A stretch of 62,019 nt of DNA, filler included, from Globobulimina sp. (GCA_003354225.1; 29 parts of 29 records of this genome joined end to end with filler, not necessarily neighbours in it); one strand, 5' to 3'. Shown: positions 35,633-48,165, numbered from the whole stretch's first letter. Numbers and translations are program-made. Notes: generated by a model from the letters alone, not told the origin.

Positions 35633-36335
35633 TCAATGTTCTCTGTTAATAATGAATATGGTATTTTGTATGATGAAAAAAATAAGATAAATCATAATAG
35701 TCCGATACTCCGTAGTAGGGATAAATGAGCCATTGTTAATATTATTATTATTATTATTTGTCTTAATATCATTAATTAATAATCTCCTACAAATTGGACA
35801 TTGATGTTTTATCCGCATCCATGCCATCAAACATTGTAAATGAAATTTATGTGAACATGGCAGTTTTTTTGCTGTCATCATTGAATGTCGACAAATTCCA
35901 CATAATTCATATTGAATGCTGTTGGTATTTAAATTAGATTTAATAATTAATTCTTCTTTTGTAGCATTTGGATATTGATAATTTATAATTTGCGAGATTT
36001 GTTGATAGGATTTGTATGTTTTCAAATTCTTTCCAATATTTAACAATGATTCGTAAAGTTTCATTGTCGCATAAACTCCAATCAAAGACAACGTAATGCC
36101 AACTACGTATACATGAATCACATAAATCACAATCAGATAATGAATCATTTTAAAGATTTCGCTCAAAACATTGCAAACTAAGTCTGTGTAATGCACGTAA
36201 ATCTCAGTGTTCTTTGGATAAAAATGGAGAGTGATTACTGCCAAAACGTGTAAACTATCCAATACAATGATAATGGCATCAAATGAAGAATAATATAATA
36301 ATGGAATCAGAACAATTTCGTCCGAGAAGCATGTG
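35633..36335 (-). CDS. Membrane RING-H2 E3 ligase (HRD1/gp78-like), 5'-partial
   Basis: YPNATKEEL, CGICRHSM..AKKLPCSHKFHLQCLMAW..CPICR preceded by TM helices. Confidence 0.85.
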
Positions 36336-36512
36336 NNNNNNNNNNNNNNNNNNNNNNNNNNNNNNNNNNNNNNNNNNNNTTAATTAATTAANNNNNNNNN
36401 NNNNNNNNNNNNNNNNNNNNNNNNNNNNNNNNNNNAATTAAGGCATTCTTATTTTGTTCCAATACGTGTAATATCCAATGCGTTTTCATTTAATTCCTAC
36501 ATTTGCACAGAT

Positions 36513-37328
36513 TTGGTTATCTTCGGTCGGTTATGGTTTTCATTCAAATATTCCGTATACAGGGTCAGAAACATTGTACTGGTCTTAATTTTCACTCTAT
36601 TATCAGTTATAATATTATGTGATGCATTATATTTGATTGCTATTACGACTCAATTGAAACAATACATTGATATCCGTGAATATTTATTGTTATCATTGCT
36701 TATCTCTGAACTATGTCTATCTGCTACATTGTCCATCACATTCAGTAAAAAACTGCATCAAGTATTAAGTCATTTGGATGATGAACAAATCTGTGCAATA
36801 AAAGAAGAAATATCAATGATTCGAATGCACCGAAAAAGTTGCAGTAAGCAATTGGATACACTCCGAAAAGTAACGAATGTCGCAAACAATGTAGAATTAG
36901 AATTGAATCAACGACAACAAAAATTACTCAATCTCAGTGCCAAAAACACAATAATTATTGGTGTTGCTGCGATTTATTTTTGTTTACGATTTAGTTACAG
37001 ACAATTTGCATATCGATATGATACACAAATGGATAAGGAAATAGTTTGGATGATAACATATTTATCGCGATCTTTTATATTTGTGACCAATGGAATTGCA
37101 GTGTATTTTGGGTTTATTTTTTCGCAAAAATTGTACCTGAAAATATTTGAAAAATGTCATGTATTTATATTTGGTTTATGCACAAAAATGGCAAAACGGA
37201 ATATTGCTCAAAAAGACATCCGGAAAATAGTAAAGCAATGTTTGCAAAACCAACAGAAAATACAATTGAAGCAAGACTTTGTAGAGAATTATAGCGAATT
37301 GCAACGTACAGGTAATGCGATTGTATAA
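36513..37328 (+). CDS. Multi-pass membrane protein (GPCR-like), 5'-partial
   Basis: Four TM helices, long third loop, Y..IFEKCH..C tail. Confidence 0.5.
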   Translation: MVIFGRLWFSFKYSVYRVRNIVLVLIFTLLSVIILCDALYLIAITTQLKQYIDIREYLLLSLLISELCLSATLSITFSKKLHQVLSHLDDEQICAIKEEISMIRMHRKSCSKQLDTLRKVTNVANNVELELNQRQQKLLNLSAKNTIIIGVAAIYFCLRFSYRQFAYRYDTQMDKEIVWMITYLSRSFIFVTNGIAVYFGFIFSQKLYLKIFEKCHVFIFGLCTKMAKRNIAQKDIRKIVKQCLQNQQKIQLKQDFVENYSELQRTGNAIV

Positions 37329-37578
37329 TATGTTGAATAACGTACGTATCACTTGTTACTGTTGGACTGCAGACAAAAAACCGTCATCAAAATAAAATAT
37401 AACACTACCTAAATCATCTACCCCTTTAACCAAGAGGAACAAACACACGACAACAACAACAAATACATCCACGAATACACAGCAAAAGAAAAGAATATAT
37501 ATCAACAACAAGCACAAACAAACCTGAATACCAACGATAATTTAAAGAGAAAATAAACTGATATTAAACCATTTGACA

Positions 37579-38407
37579 ATGCAAAATATTAACATTTTTG
37601 ATCCCAATTTAGGTGCAACACATCCAGAATTAGTACCGTGGGTTCAAGGAATGAGAAATGCGGGTTATGCAAATGAACAAATACAAATGTATTATAATCA
37701 ACAAATACAGGAACAACTCCGACAAGCACAACAACAGCAACATCAACAAGCGCAGCAACAGCAACATATGATGCAAATGGCGAGGAATATAATACAAGCA
37801 TATCGGGGCACAGTTACTATGGAACAAGTCATGGCTTTGCCTTTCCAAAATATACAATCATTACATAACGAAATTACACACAGATTTTATTCACCAGATA
37901 CAAACAATACAAACAACACAAACAACACAAACAATGCAAATAAAAGAAAATTGTCTGATGGAAACATCGAGCGTCCAGCCAAAAAAATGCGGTTTGATGA
38001 AATTAGTAATAATAATAATAAGAATGAGAAATTGCAATGTATTTTGAATGAATATAAAGAGGAAAATGAAGCATTAAAAGGTCGTTTAAAGGAAACGCAA
38101 AAAACGTATACATTAATTGGACTTATTTGAAAGCGAATCGGGAAAATTAAATGCTATGGATTTGGATGAATTAAATCAATTAAAATGTATAATGCAACAT
38201 AAAATAAAATTGATTGAAGAGGCTGAAAAGCAATTACTTGATAATACATATAAATGTGTTGCATGTATGGATAAACCTAAAAATATATCCTTTATTGATG
38301 GATGTAGTCATTTGGCGTTGTGTCAGGAATGTGAGGCTTCATTGCAATCGAAATGTTGTCCAATTTGTCAAACAGCATATACGCATGTCAAGAAAGTAAA
38401 TTCTTGA
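37579..38407 (+). CDS. Q-rich protein with NLS, coiled coil and C-terminal C3HC4 RING; frame change near 38106-38133
   Basis: KRK..PAKKMR bipartite NLS; CVACMD..CSHLALCQEC..CPIC. Confidence 0.7.
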
Positions 38408-38576
38408 TTGCTTTATTTATTCTTTACCTGTTTAATTGAATCGGGCCGGCCGTTTACCTTTAGGAGTTTAGGAGAANNNNNNNNNNNNNNNNNNNNNNNN
38501 NNNNNNNNNNNNNNNNNNNNTTAATTAATTAANNNNNNNNNNNNNNNNNNNNNNNNNNNNNNNNNNNNNNNNNNNN

Positions 38577-39075
38577 ATGGTTTAATATTACCATATTTTG
38601 CATTATATTGATTATTAAAAAATGGATAATTGGGAATTGAGGATGGAAAGTCTTTGACATTCCATCCATTCCCTAAACTATATAATGGCACCATTGCTTC
38701 AATTAATTTTATCATAGCTGGTTCACAATAGATTTCATTTAAGGCAATATTTGATGCATTATTACACTCAAAAATGTTCTTTAATCTACTTCGCAATTCG
38801 TCAATTAACCTGTTATTTCCATTCATATTTAATCGAAATCGTTTTATTTGATTGTAATTTCTCAATCGTTGAATATCTATTTCTCGCGATTTAATCATAT
38901 CAGCATTAGTATTTTTACTTTTATTGTTGTTATTGTTATTAAATTCCGGTGTTATCGAGTGATGAAAACGTTTTTGTGGAGTAATATTTGATGATTTGGG
39001 TAATGTGTAATAATTATTGTATTCATATTCTGTTAGGGATATGGTGTTATTATTAGTGTTGTTCGTTTGTGTCAT
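38577..39075 (-). CDS. Hypothetical N-rich protein (3'-partial)
   Basis: ATG-initiated ORF running to the contig edge; no motif recognised. Confidence 0.4.
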
Positions 39076-39212
39076 TATGTAACACTTTATTACACGATAA
39101 AATACTTTCCCGGAGACAAATGTAAGTTTTTTGAGGGAAAAATACTGCTTACCTTTGATTCGTAACGGATTTTATAAACAGTAAACCAGAAGTTTTAACA
39201 AGTTATCAATTA

Positions 39213-40546
39213 TTACCAAGGTTGCAAGGCAAGAACCTTATCAATCAAAACGTGTAACTTATGTTTAAAATCAATCCATCCATAAAAATATGCTTTACCT
39301 CCGATTGTATCATTTGTTGCACTGATTCTTTCGATCATCTTTGACAATTTATTAAATTGCTTTCTTTGTTTATCTTGTTCAATAAATACCATATATGTCC
39401 TTTTTTTATTATAAACCAACAATTTATTATCAACCAACGATTGCAATTTATATTTTGTGATTGCGTCCACATTCGCTGTTTGAACCTTAATAATAAATTT
39501 CCAGTTCAATACAATTTCATTAATATTTGCTTTTGGTGTTCCAATATGTTCGAAAATTTGGTTTTTGTATTTTTTAGATTCTTTTGCCATTTTTTTCGTA
39601 ACTTTTTGGTTATATTTGTCGATGGAGTTTTTCATTTTGTCCATATCAGTGGGATACTCTCCGGACCTCACCAGTTTAAGGAAATGTTTAGAAAGCATCT
39701 GATGAGCCATTGCCTGACATTTTCGCCTCGGATGCGATATTATTTCACTTTGTGCATTTCCGACAATAAATACCAATTCGTTTCCATTTTGTGTGCCATC
39801 CATTTTACGTTTATTTTTGTAACAATTTATTGCATGCGTTTTATAATCAATTCTCTGGCATTCAACAGAGCAATATCTTGAATTGTAATCACGACATTTA
39901 CTGCATTGATATAATTTCTTTGTTTTCGACGATACATTGCATACAGCACAAAATGATACATTCTCGCATTCTAATTTGATATTTTTTATTTCCGAATTTC
40001 CGAATTTTTGTAATTTTCTTATTGTATTATTCAAAATAGCTGAAATTTTAAAATGCAATCGGCCCACATATAATGCAGTGATACCATGTAATTCATCTTT
40101 GATTCTTGGGTCAGCTCCATACTGACATAATAATCTAATACTTTCAATATAACTGCCTAATACAGCACTATGTAATGGTGTTTGTCCAAAAATGGATTTC
40201 ATATTTGGATCTGCACCGTTCTTCAATAGAAATTCAGCAAAATGTAAATCCGGGTCATTCAATATTGATTCATGCAATGCTGTACATAGTGAAAAATAAT
40301 AAAATAATAAAAATAAGTAAAATATGCACGTGTAATACCTGAAAAGCCCCATTTACTTTGAATATTAATATATAAGCCATTGTCAATTAAATATTGTGCA
40401 ATTTTAATGTGATTAAAATGTTGATTTAATTGAGCTATTGTCATTGACGGAATTGATGCTAAAATTTGTTTCCTGCCAAACATTGCAAAATGCATTAAAC
40501 TCCATCGGGATTCACCTTCAAAATAAGTATTAAAATTGATCTTCAA
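39213..40546 (-). CDS. Ankyrin-repeat + MYND zinc-finger protein (spliced near 40283-40338)
   Basis: TALH, LLKNGADPN, GQTPLHSAV, YGADP; CAVC..CSKC..YCSVECQRIDYKTHAINC. Confidence 0.85.
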
Positions 40547-40718
40547 CTTTGAAATTTAATCCAGCGTTAATCATAACTTGTCTTTCCAGATGATCGGGAA
40601 TTATATCTGTGTATTTTNNNNNNNNNNNNNNNNNNNNNNNNNNNNNNNNNNNNNNNNNNNNTTAATTAATTAANNNNNNNNNNNNNNNNNNNNNNNNNNN
40701 NNNNNNNNNNNNNNNNNA

Positions 40719-40901
40719 ACCAATCAAGATTTATTATTACCAAAAGCTGATACTTGTTTTTTTAATTTAGAATTACCAAAATATTCAAGCAAACAAATAT
40801 TGAGAGATAAATTATTGTTAGCAATTACTATGTCATTGTCGATGAACGGGGACGATCCGGATTCAAGAGATGATCAGGAACAGTTTGATCTCAATTATTG
40901 A
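40719..40901 (+). CDS. HECT E3 ubiquitin ligase, extreme C-terminus (not in ORF track)
   Basis: [30 protein letters not shown] with the catalytic Cys. Confidence 0.9.
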   Translation, partial: TNQDLLLPKADTCFFNLELPKYSSKQILRDKLLLAITMSLSMNGDDPDSRDDQEQFDLNY

Positions 40902-41526
40902 TATTTCACTTTTTTTTTTCTTGTATTTGTAACTTTTACTTCTTTTGATATCGTAGACATTGTATTTTTATGATCAACAGCAATAAAATCATTCGCTATT
41001 AAATCAATAATTATGCATATTACGTTTCATTGTTTTTCATCTAATCATCTTTTCAAAGCGTAACACTGAGTAACTTCACTAAAACTTTTCTTTTGACATT
41101 TAAAGCATTAGGACCAAGATAAACGTGTCTGACAATACCGTATGGAAATTGGCAATGATAGCATACACAGGTTATTTTGGTTTATTGTTGAGCTCCACAT
41201 ATTGCTGTTATTATTATCCTCAATGTCGTCCAGCAACAGCTGTTATGCTTTCCCTGACGTTTGTAAAAATAATTGGACTCAAAAAAATGAATTGAGGAGT
41301 TTATGATGATGATTTTGCTCATGATCAACTTTTTTTAATCATTTGTGAATTGTTAGAGAAAAAGCTTAAGTAAAATCAAGGTTAATTAGGAAAAACTCTA
41401 TTTTTGAAGTTAATGACAACCTGAAATTGCCGCTAGGACTGATCGACCATTAGTTTGTCTTATTTGTTTTTACTGTTGTTGAGCTATTTTTTATATATTC
41501 TAATTCAGGTCTCGCAAAATCGCAAT

Positions 41527-42624
41527 ATGGCAAAAGCAATATTTTCATATTTTCAAGGACAATCCGGCGTCGATGCATCGGTATACTCGATGGAAGACTT
41601 AAAAATCGAGGATGCAGCTCCAATAATAAAGAAAACATGGCATGAATTAATGAAAGAGAAAGGCAATGTAGGTTCAACAATTTATGATTCCATATTAACA
41701 AAAGAGATAACAATGAGCAAATTATTTATGGAGACCGATTTGAAGCGGCAATCCACCGTTTTCATGGATATGATGGACAAAGTGATATGTTTTTTAGATG
41801 AGCCATCAACAATGGATGATAAGCTACAAACTTTAGGATTTGTCCACGTCGACAAATATCAAATAAAAGCAAAACATTTTAAACATTTTCGTTCGGCATT
41901 CATGAAAGCGATCAAAAGATATTTGCCATGGACAGATCGCCGCGAATCATCATGGCAATGGTTTTGGAGCAAAATAATATCCGCAATGAGTCTCGCCACA
42001 CAAGAAAAACAAGCAAATTATTATCCGATAATCAATGAATATAATGGCCAGCAACTAACAAAAGAAGAACTTATTCAATTTTCGCAATGTATACATTCTA
42101 CGTTTGATACGACGCTTACTACGGATCCTAAAAAATTTGCGTCGGATTTTTATACAAATTTAATAAATGAACAACCAGATATTGCCCGATTGTTTGATGA
42201 TAAACATACCTCATTCGAAAGACAATCGACTCGATTTATTGCTATGCTAAATCATGCAATCAAATCATTAGATGATGTGAGTACATTTGGAAAGAGATTG
42301 GAGGTTTTATCCATTGAACACGTCGAGTATGGCGTAAAAATACCTATGTTACAATCATTTGGTGATATACTTATCGGACAAGTAAAACAATTAAATATAG
42401 AGTTATATCAACAACAAGAACAAGAAAAAGAAAAAGAAGAAAATCCGGAGAAAAATAGTGATCTTACTATGCTTAAAATACCTAAATGGACTCCAATGCA
42501 CGACAAAGCTTGGAATTGGTTTTGGAGGGTTGTTGTTGGTGTAATGACGCCAGGGATGACTAAAAAAATAAATCTCAATAAAAGGAAAAGTGAAATGGCC
42601 AATCAAGACTTTAGCGCTATTTAG
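41527..42624 (+). CDS. Tandem two-domain 3/3 globin
   Basis: Domain 1: IY(B10), LF(CD1), RQ(E7), LGFVH(F8). Domain 2: FY, PDIARLF, RQ, LSIEH; W-containing H helices. Confidence 0.85.
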   Translation: MAKAIFSYFQGQSGVDASVYSMEDLKIEDAAPIIKKTWHELMKEKGNVGSTIYDSILTKEITMSKLFMETDLKRQSTVFMDMMDKVICFLDEPSTMDDKLQTLGFVHVDKYQIKAKHFKHFRSAFMKAIKRYLPWTDRRESSWQWFWSKIISAMSLATQEKQANYYPIINEYNGQQLTKEELIQFSQCIHSTFDTTLTTDPKKFASDFYTNLINEQPDIARLFDDKHTSFERQSTRFIAMLNHAIKSLDDVSTFGKRLEVLSIEHVEYGVKIPMLQSFGDILIGQVKQLNIELYQQQEQEKEKEENPEKNSDLTMLKIPKWTPMHDKAWNWFWRVVVGVMTPGMTKKINLNKRKSEMANQDFSAI

Positions 42625-42858
42625 TCCACATTTTTTAAAAGATTTAAACCACTTTTTTTTTTTTTTTTGTTATAGTATAATTATTAAAAAATTTTTTAAA
42701 TAAATAAATAAATTATATTGAATATGAAGTAAAAGTTTTTGCAAACGGGGATTTTTAANNNNNNNNNNNNNNNNNNNNNNNNNNNNNNNNNNNNNNNNNN
42801 NNTTAATTAATTAANNNNNNNNNNNNNNNNNNNNNNNNNNNNNNNNNNNNNNNNNNNN

Positions 42859-43298
42859 GTTTTAGCAAGAAATGAAGATGAAAAGATATTAATTGAAGGA
42901 TCCATAAATTCGGTAAGAATTTCAATTAAAATAAAACAATCGGATCAAATGGATTCAATGTTAGCCGATAGATTCTCTCGTTTCTTGATGCAAAGAGCTG
43001 AGGATTTTGAGATATTACGACGGAAAGCTCGCAATGTATGTAATTTGAAAAGAAAACTAATTCAATTTTAATATTATAAATCGCGCAAAATCGCTATAAA
43101 AAATATATATATATATAGGGATATGATATATCTTTATTAATTACAAATTTTCATGTTGAGGAAATGTGGAAGCATAAATTGGTTGATTTTGTGATTGAAT
43201 TTTTGACTGACATTGATGCAGAAATATCGTCAATGAAATTGAATGTGAATTCAAGGAGCCGCGTAATTGCAAAAGAATGGTTAAAATCATTCTCATAA
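42859..43298 (+). CDS. ARPC4: Arp2/3 complex subunit 4, 3' part (intron 43036-43118; not in ORF track)
   Basis: [56 protein letters not shown]. Confidence 0.95.
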
Positions 43299-43751
43299 AG
43301 CCATACAATTAAATTAAATTAAATTAAAATTCTAACATTACATTTTGCTTTGAATTGTGCTTTTAAGTGTATATAATAATTAACTAACAACCGGTCTCAT
43401 GAATAATTTAAAACATTATCCTCGCACACACGGAAGATGGTGATCTCTCCTCTTTAATTATGTTTCAAAAAAAGAATGTTTAGCCACTTGCAGGACACCT
43501 GAGATTGACTCTGTCTTGCCGGACAACACATATGTTGCAATTGACTATGTCCAACTAACTATTTTTCGAGACCATTACATTTAATGTCTCCTTTACAGTC
43601 TAATGTCTTTTTGATTGGCGATCCTAAATATGATTTCCATTAATGAATTTGGTCTAAAAGTGGCACTATTTTTGCGGTACATAGTTGCGGAGTTTTAGCT
43701 ATGTTTTATGGAACAATCATTGCGGAAAAGTCAAAGTGCAAAGTTGTGATT

Positions 43752-43863
43752 TTGCGGAACACCGTTAGATTTATAGCACCGTTAGATCTATACACCGTTG
43801 CACCGTTAGATTGCGGAACACCGTTGCAATGTTTTACATTTTTATAGCACCGTTAGATTTATA
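43752..43863. repeat. Cluster of CACCGTT(AGAT/GC) and TTGCGGAA short repeats
   Basis: CACCGTT occurs six times in ~110 bp. Confidence 0.7.
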
Positions 43864-44067
43864 CAATACAACAAAACAAATATCATTACCTATTTTTGCC
43901 TTTAGCTCTCCACTTGTCATATGGAAAATTTTTGATAATATATATATGATCCATATGTGTCTGTACAGTATAAGATATACGCATATTATCTACTCATATA
44001 TATATATATATATTAGGTTTAATCATATGGTGGACCTGTCAAGGGATCATATAATATATATATGATC

Positions 44068-44899
44068 ATATAATTACGGTTTGTTCAAACACTATCCACG
44101 TATCGACATACAATTGGATAGGATTTGTGACTGATATAGAGGTGGAAACAAATGGAGTCTGTGTCAATAGTTTGCTGTTAAAGTCTCGGTCTAAACAATG
44201 ACCTTTGTTAACACGAATTTGAGTTTTGTAATTTAAATAGAAAAAACACAAAGTTCACTCTAAGAAAAAGGAAATACTCAAAAATAATAATAATAAAAGA
44301 AAGAAACAATAAATAAATACTATAATAAACCCGGGCAGATCGACAGAAATCATAAGCACAAAAAGAAAAGAAAAATTAGTCAAGGGACAAAATTATAGTC
44401 CCATAAAATAGAATATAGTCCCATAAAACACCAGACCGAGGACGAGTTATCTCAATGATATTCTCCTCACGTATCTAGTCCGGAAATATCTCCATAAATA
44501 AAATCAATAATAAGTCCCGGAATAAAATTTTAATTTCATTCGGAAAAAATAAAAAGATAATGTCAACCTGCCCGGTTTGCCAAATATGTATTTTAAAATC
44601 ATTTCTTCATTGCTTGGCAAATGCTGTAGTACTATAATCATACACTTTAATTAATAAAATTGGCATAATATTCAATGTAGTGATTGATTGCGAGCCTCTG
44701 CTTGAATACTATTCATTGCCTACAATAGTTATGTCTCGCATCCCATAGAAAGAAATAAATAAATCATCTCTTGAATAATATAATTACGGTTTGTTCAAAC
44801 ACTATCCACGTATCGACATACAATTGGATAGGATTTGTGACTGATATAGAGATGGAAACAATTGGAGTCTGTGTCAATGGTTTGCTGTTAAAGTCTCGG
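44068..44899. repeat. Direct repeat of at least 122 bp with 710-bp period (44068-44189 and 44778-44899)
   Basis: 119/122 identical; the second copy runs off the contig end. Confidence 0.9.
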
Positions 44900-45000
44900 N
44901 NNNNNNNNNNNNNNNNNNNNNNNNNNNNNNNNNNNNNNNNNNNTTAATTAATTAANNNNNNNNNNNNNNNNNNNNNNNNNNNNNNNNNNNNNNNNNNNNA

Positions 45001-45657
45001 GCACTCGTCGATACCGGAGCAGCTTTTTGTATTGCCCAAGTGTCAGCATATCGTAGTGCCGGGGGCTTGATTGCTGATCTAAAACGGTGCATTCATTGTA
45101 CAATGACGGGTTTTGGGGGCGATGTCAAAATTATGGGGTATGGAAGTATGACAATTTTGCTAGGCAGAGTACATTTTATACAAGGGGTACACATAATACC
45201 AGACGATGAGAGATTGCCTTTGGTCGTACTGGGACACGATTGGCTATATCATCATGATGTACAGCTTAACTTCCGAAAAAGTACACTAACATTATACGAT
45301 CACATGATACATATGGGGAAGCCGCGTCGACAATGTACTGCGTTTTGTGTACAGCCTGAAGTTTTAGAGAACATGTCACAACCATTAGAAGCCAGTGGAG
45401 GGCAAGCGGGACAACAGAACCAATCAGAAGATAATAAGAAGATCATGTTCAGTGCAGCTAAAACAATGCACGATATTGCTGACATGGTACCACATCTTTG
45501 GCCAACAATGACACAACAACAACAGATTCAATTCCACACCAAAGTCATCCAAATGTTTTCAGCAATGGTAGAAATTGGAACGTCAGTACAGATGGAAGAT
45601 GGTGAAGCAGTTATGGAAATCGATGTCCAGGATGAAAACAAAAAGGGACCGACTTAG
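45001..45657 (+). CDS. Retropepsin-type aspartic protease ORF (5'-partial), no RT downstream
   Basis: ALVDTGAA at 45001, TGFGG flap, VVLGHDWL. Confidence 0.75.
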   Translation, partial: ALVDTGAAFCIAQVSAYRSAGGLIADLKRCIHCTMTGFGGDVKIMGYGSMTILLGRVHFIQGVHIIPDDERLPLVVLGHDWLYHHDVQLNFRKSTLTLYDHMIHMGKPRRQCTAFCVQPEVLENMSQPLEASGGQAGQQNQSEDNKKIMFSAAKTMHDIADMVPHLWPTMTQQQQIQFHTKVIQMFSAMVEIGTSVQMEDGEAVMEIDVQDENKKGPT

Positions 45658-46472
45658 AAATGCTCACCGATCAAAATTGTTGTTTTTTAGTTTTGTTGTG
45701 TTGTATTTAATTGCTGTTGTATGAAATTAAAAGTTGAAAACTAAAAAATCAATTGATGTTTTGTTGTATTTTGAATTTTGATAAATGTGTTTATAAAATT
45801 TAATGTTAAAACAGTTTGAACATTGCAAAGTTGAACATGGAAAAGTTGTAATGGGTGTATATACAAAAAGCTGGTATCCATGGCGCAGTGCACCATGAAA
45901 ATGTTGTTGTATGCAGGGTATTCTGCAAGTATTTGTTTGAAAAAGTAGTAGTATATGGAGAACCAAGAACGGTAGTATGGTATGTAGTATATGTATATAT
46001 TGGAAAAGAGAGTACAGTAGTATATGAAGGACTCCTTTTGGTGTAATGAAGCAAGCAATGTAGGGTGTAAGGACAATGAAGGATGCATTATGGAGCTGAA
46101 AAAGCACTATAAATGTGAATGTCGTAGAATATTATGGGGCTGTGAAAGTACCATAAATATTGTTATCCAGCGAACAAAAAAGAACATTATGGGATAATGT
46201 TGAGACTATTATGGGGCTGTGAAAGACTATAAATAGATAGGGTATGTAAATCTACCAATGGACAGTACCAATTCATTGAGTTAATGGGTGGGTGGAACCA
46301 ATGTGGGGATAACTGCAGTACTCCTTACATATATGGCTTCCTGCTTGTAAATTCGGTTGGTTGATTCTGGGTACATCGTTCAGTGTCCATAAACCCCAGT
46401 GATTAATAAAAAGTATAATTATAGGAATCCTACTCCTGGTCCAGGAAAAATTCAGTAAAGAGAAACAGGTAA

Positions 46473-47039
46473 GTGAAAATTGAAATAAAACAAATAAAAT
46501 TGAGTAAGTCTAAAAAGCTAGAGGTTGGCTCAGTCACTCTAAGCGAATTGCTGTACCCTATCGAATACAAACAAAACAACAAATCTGATATAGAAATGTT
46601 AAAGTTTCCAAGGAAGACCATGTATTCAGATTCAAAAGGTGGTTTCACAAGAGACTCACAGGGTATAATCAACAACGAACAATTGGCATGTGGAACCATA
46701 CCATTTGAAGGTGAAACAGTCGAAGGTACATGTGAATGGTGTGGTATAGAAGGACACGCAAATGAAAGTTGTAAAGCATCACCATTACAACGTTATTACA
46801 CACTATTCAATAGAGATGATTTGTTATTAGAGAAACATCCGATATTCGACATGGAACTGACAACAGCGAAGACAGACTACCTCAAAGTACATGCAAACAC
46901 ATTGAAATTGACAAAGTATGCAGCATTAAAAGCACATCGTCAAACAGTGCCACCCGAAATATTGACACCAGCAGCGACACCAAATGCACCATGGAATCCA
47001 CCACAAATTCGAGTACCAGTACAATTAGATCCTATCCAT
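46473..47039 (+). CDS. CCHC zinc-knuckle protein (gag-like), partial
   Basis: CEWCGIEGHANESC = CX2CX4HX4C; start not defined. Confidence 0.55.
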
Positions 47040-47193
47040 NNNNNNNNNNNNNNNNNNNNNNNNNNNNNNNNNNNNNNNNNNNNTTAATTAATTAANNNNN
47101 NNNNNNNNNNNNNNNNNNNNNNNNNNNNNNNNNNNNNNNCAAGCATATTACCCACCGCAACAACCAAAGTATTATCCTCATCAAACAGTTCAT

Positions 47194-48030
47194 GTGCCGC
47201 CCCCTGTTCATCCTCAGCCTCAACCTCACCATCAGCCCATGCCCGCACACATCGAGCCACAACGTGAGCCACAACGTGAGCCACAAAGCCAATTGCTGCC
47301 GCAGCCACAGTCACAGTCACAGTCACAGCCGCAGCCACAGTCACAACTCAAACCATTGGCTAAAAGCAGAGCAAAAACAAAAACAACAGATGCGTCTTTT
47401 AATGAACCAACGACCTTATTTCCGAGAAATAAAATGGATCAAATGGATGATAGCGAGAAAGATAAAGATAAAAAAGGATGGTTTGGTTGGGCTAAAAAAA
47501 AGGAAAACACAAAAAAAGAATCAAATTTGAGTTGTTTATGCGGGGCAACCTTAATTTATTTGGATGTTAAACAAGCGTATAAAGGTAAAAAAGTGTATTG
47601 CGATATTTGTAGTAAAGTGTGCAAACAGTGTATATTCCATTGTCCGTCTGGTGATATTAAGGCTCATCCCGGCGGATTTGATCTGTGTTATCAATGCGGT
47701 GGCTCCCAAGTCGCCAAACAACCAAACCCATCGCCAACCGAAATGTTGTTAACTACGGACAGCGGAATGTATTCCGATCGCGATGCCGTTGCTGCTGTCG
47801 CTGCGATGTCGTATCCTGCCTTAAAGCCATCGGCGCCTCCGGCTCCATCGCCAAATAAAGGTAAAGGTAAAGGTAAAGGTAAAAAAGATAATAATTATGA
47901 TCAGAATTTTGTATATCCTTCACAATTAAAACAATTGTTAGATATGGGATTTGACAAAGATAAATCCCGAAGGTTGTTGCTTAAAAATCGGGGAAATATG
48001 AGCCAGGTTTTAGCTCAACTTATTAAATAA
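47194..48030 (+). CDS. PQ-rich protein with ZZ-like zinc finger and C-terminal UBA domain
   Basis: CLCG..YCDIC..FHC..H..GFDLCYQC; QLLDMGF..LLKNRGNMSQVLAQL. Confidence 0.75.
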   Translation: MPPPVHPQPQPHHQPMPAHIEPQREPQREPQSQLLPQPQSQSQSQPQPQSQLKPLAKSRAKTKTTDASFNEPTTLFPRNKMDQMDDSEKDKDKKGWFGWAKKKENTKKESNLSCLCGATLIYLDVKQAYKGKKVYCDICSKVCKQCIFHCPSGDIKAHPGGFDLCYQCGGSQVAKQPNPSPTEMLLTTDSGMYSDRDAVAAVAAMSYPALKPSAPPAPSPNKGKGKGKGKKDNNYDQNFVYPSQLKQLLDMGFDKDKSRRLLLKNRGNMSQVLAQLIK

Positions 48031-48165
48031 TTTCTTTTTTTTTCTTTTGAGTGTTTTGTGTTTTTTCATTTAACTAATTTACCAAACTTATACATTGTAT
48101 TTGGTGATACTAGTACGCGACGTATGGACATGGAAAATCTTTAAATCAGTGTTCTCTCTTCATAG

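Noticed and set aside
45727-46107. Overlapping ORFs in three minus frames
   Set aside because: Compositional bias in a non-coding spacer; no motifs.
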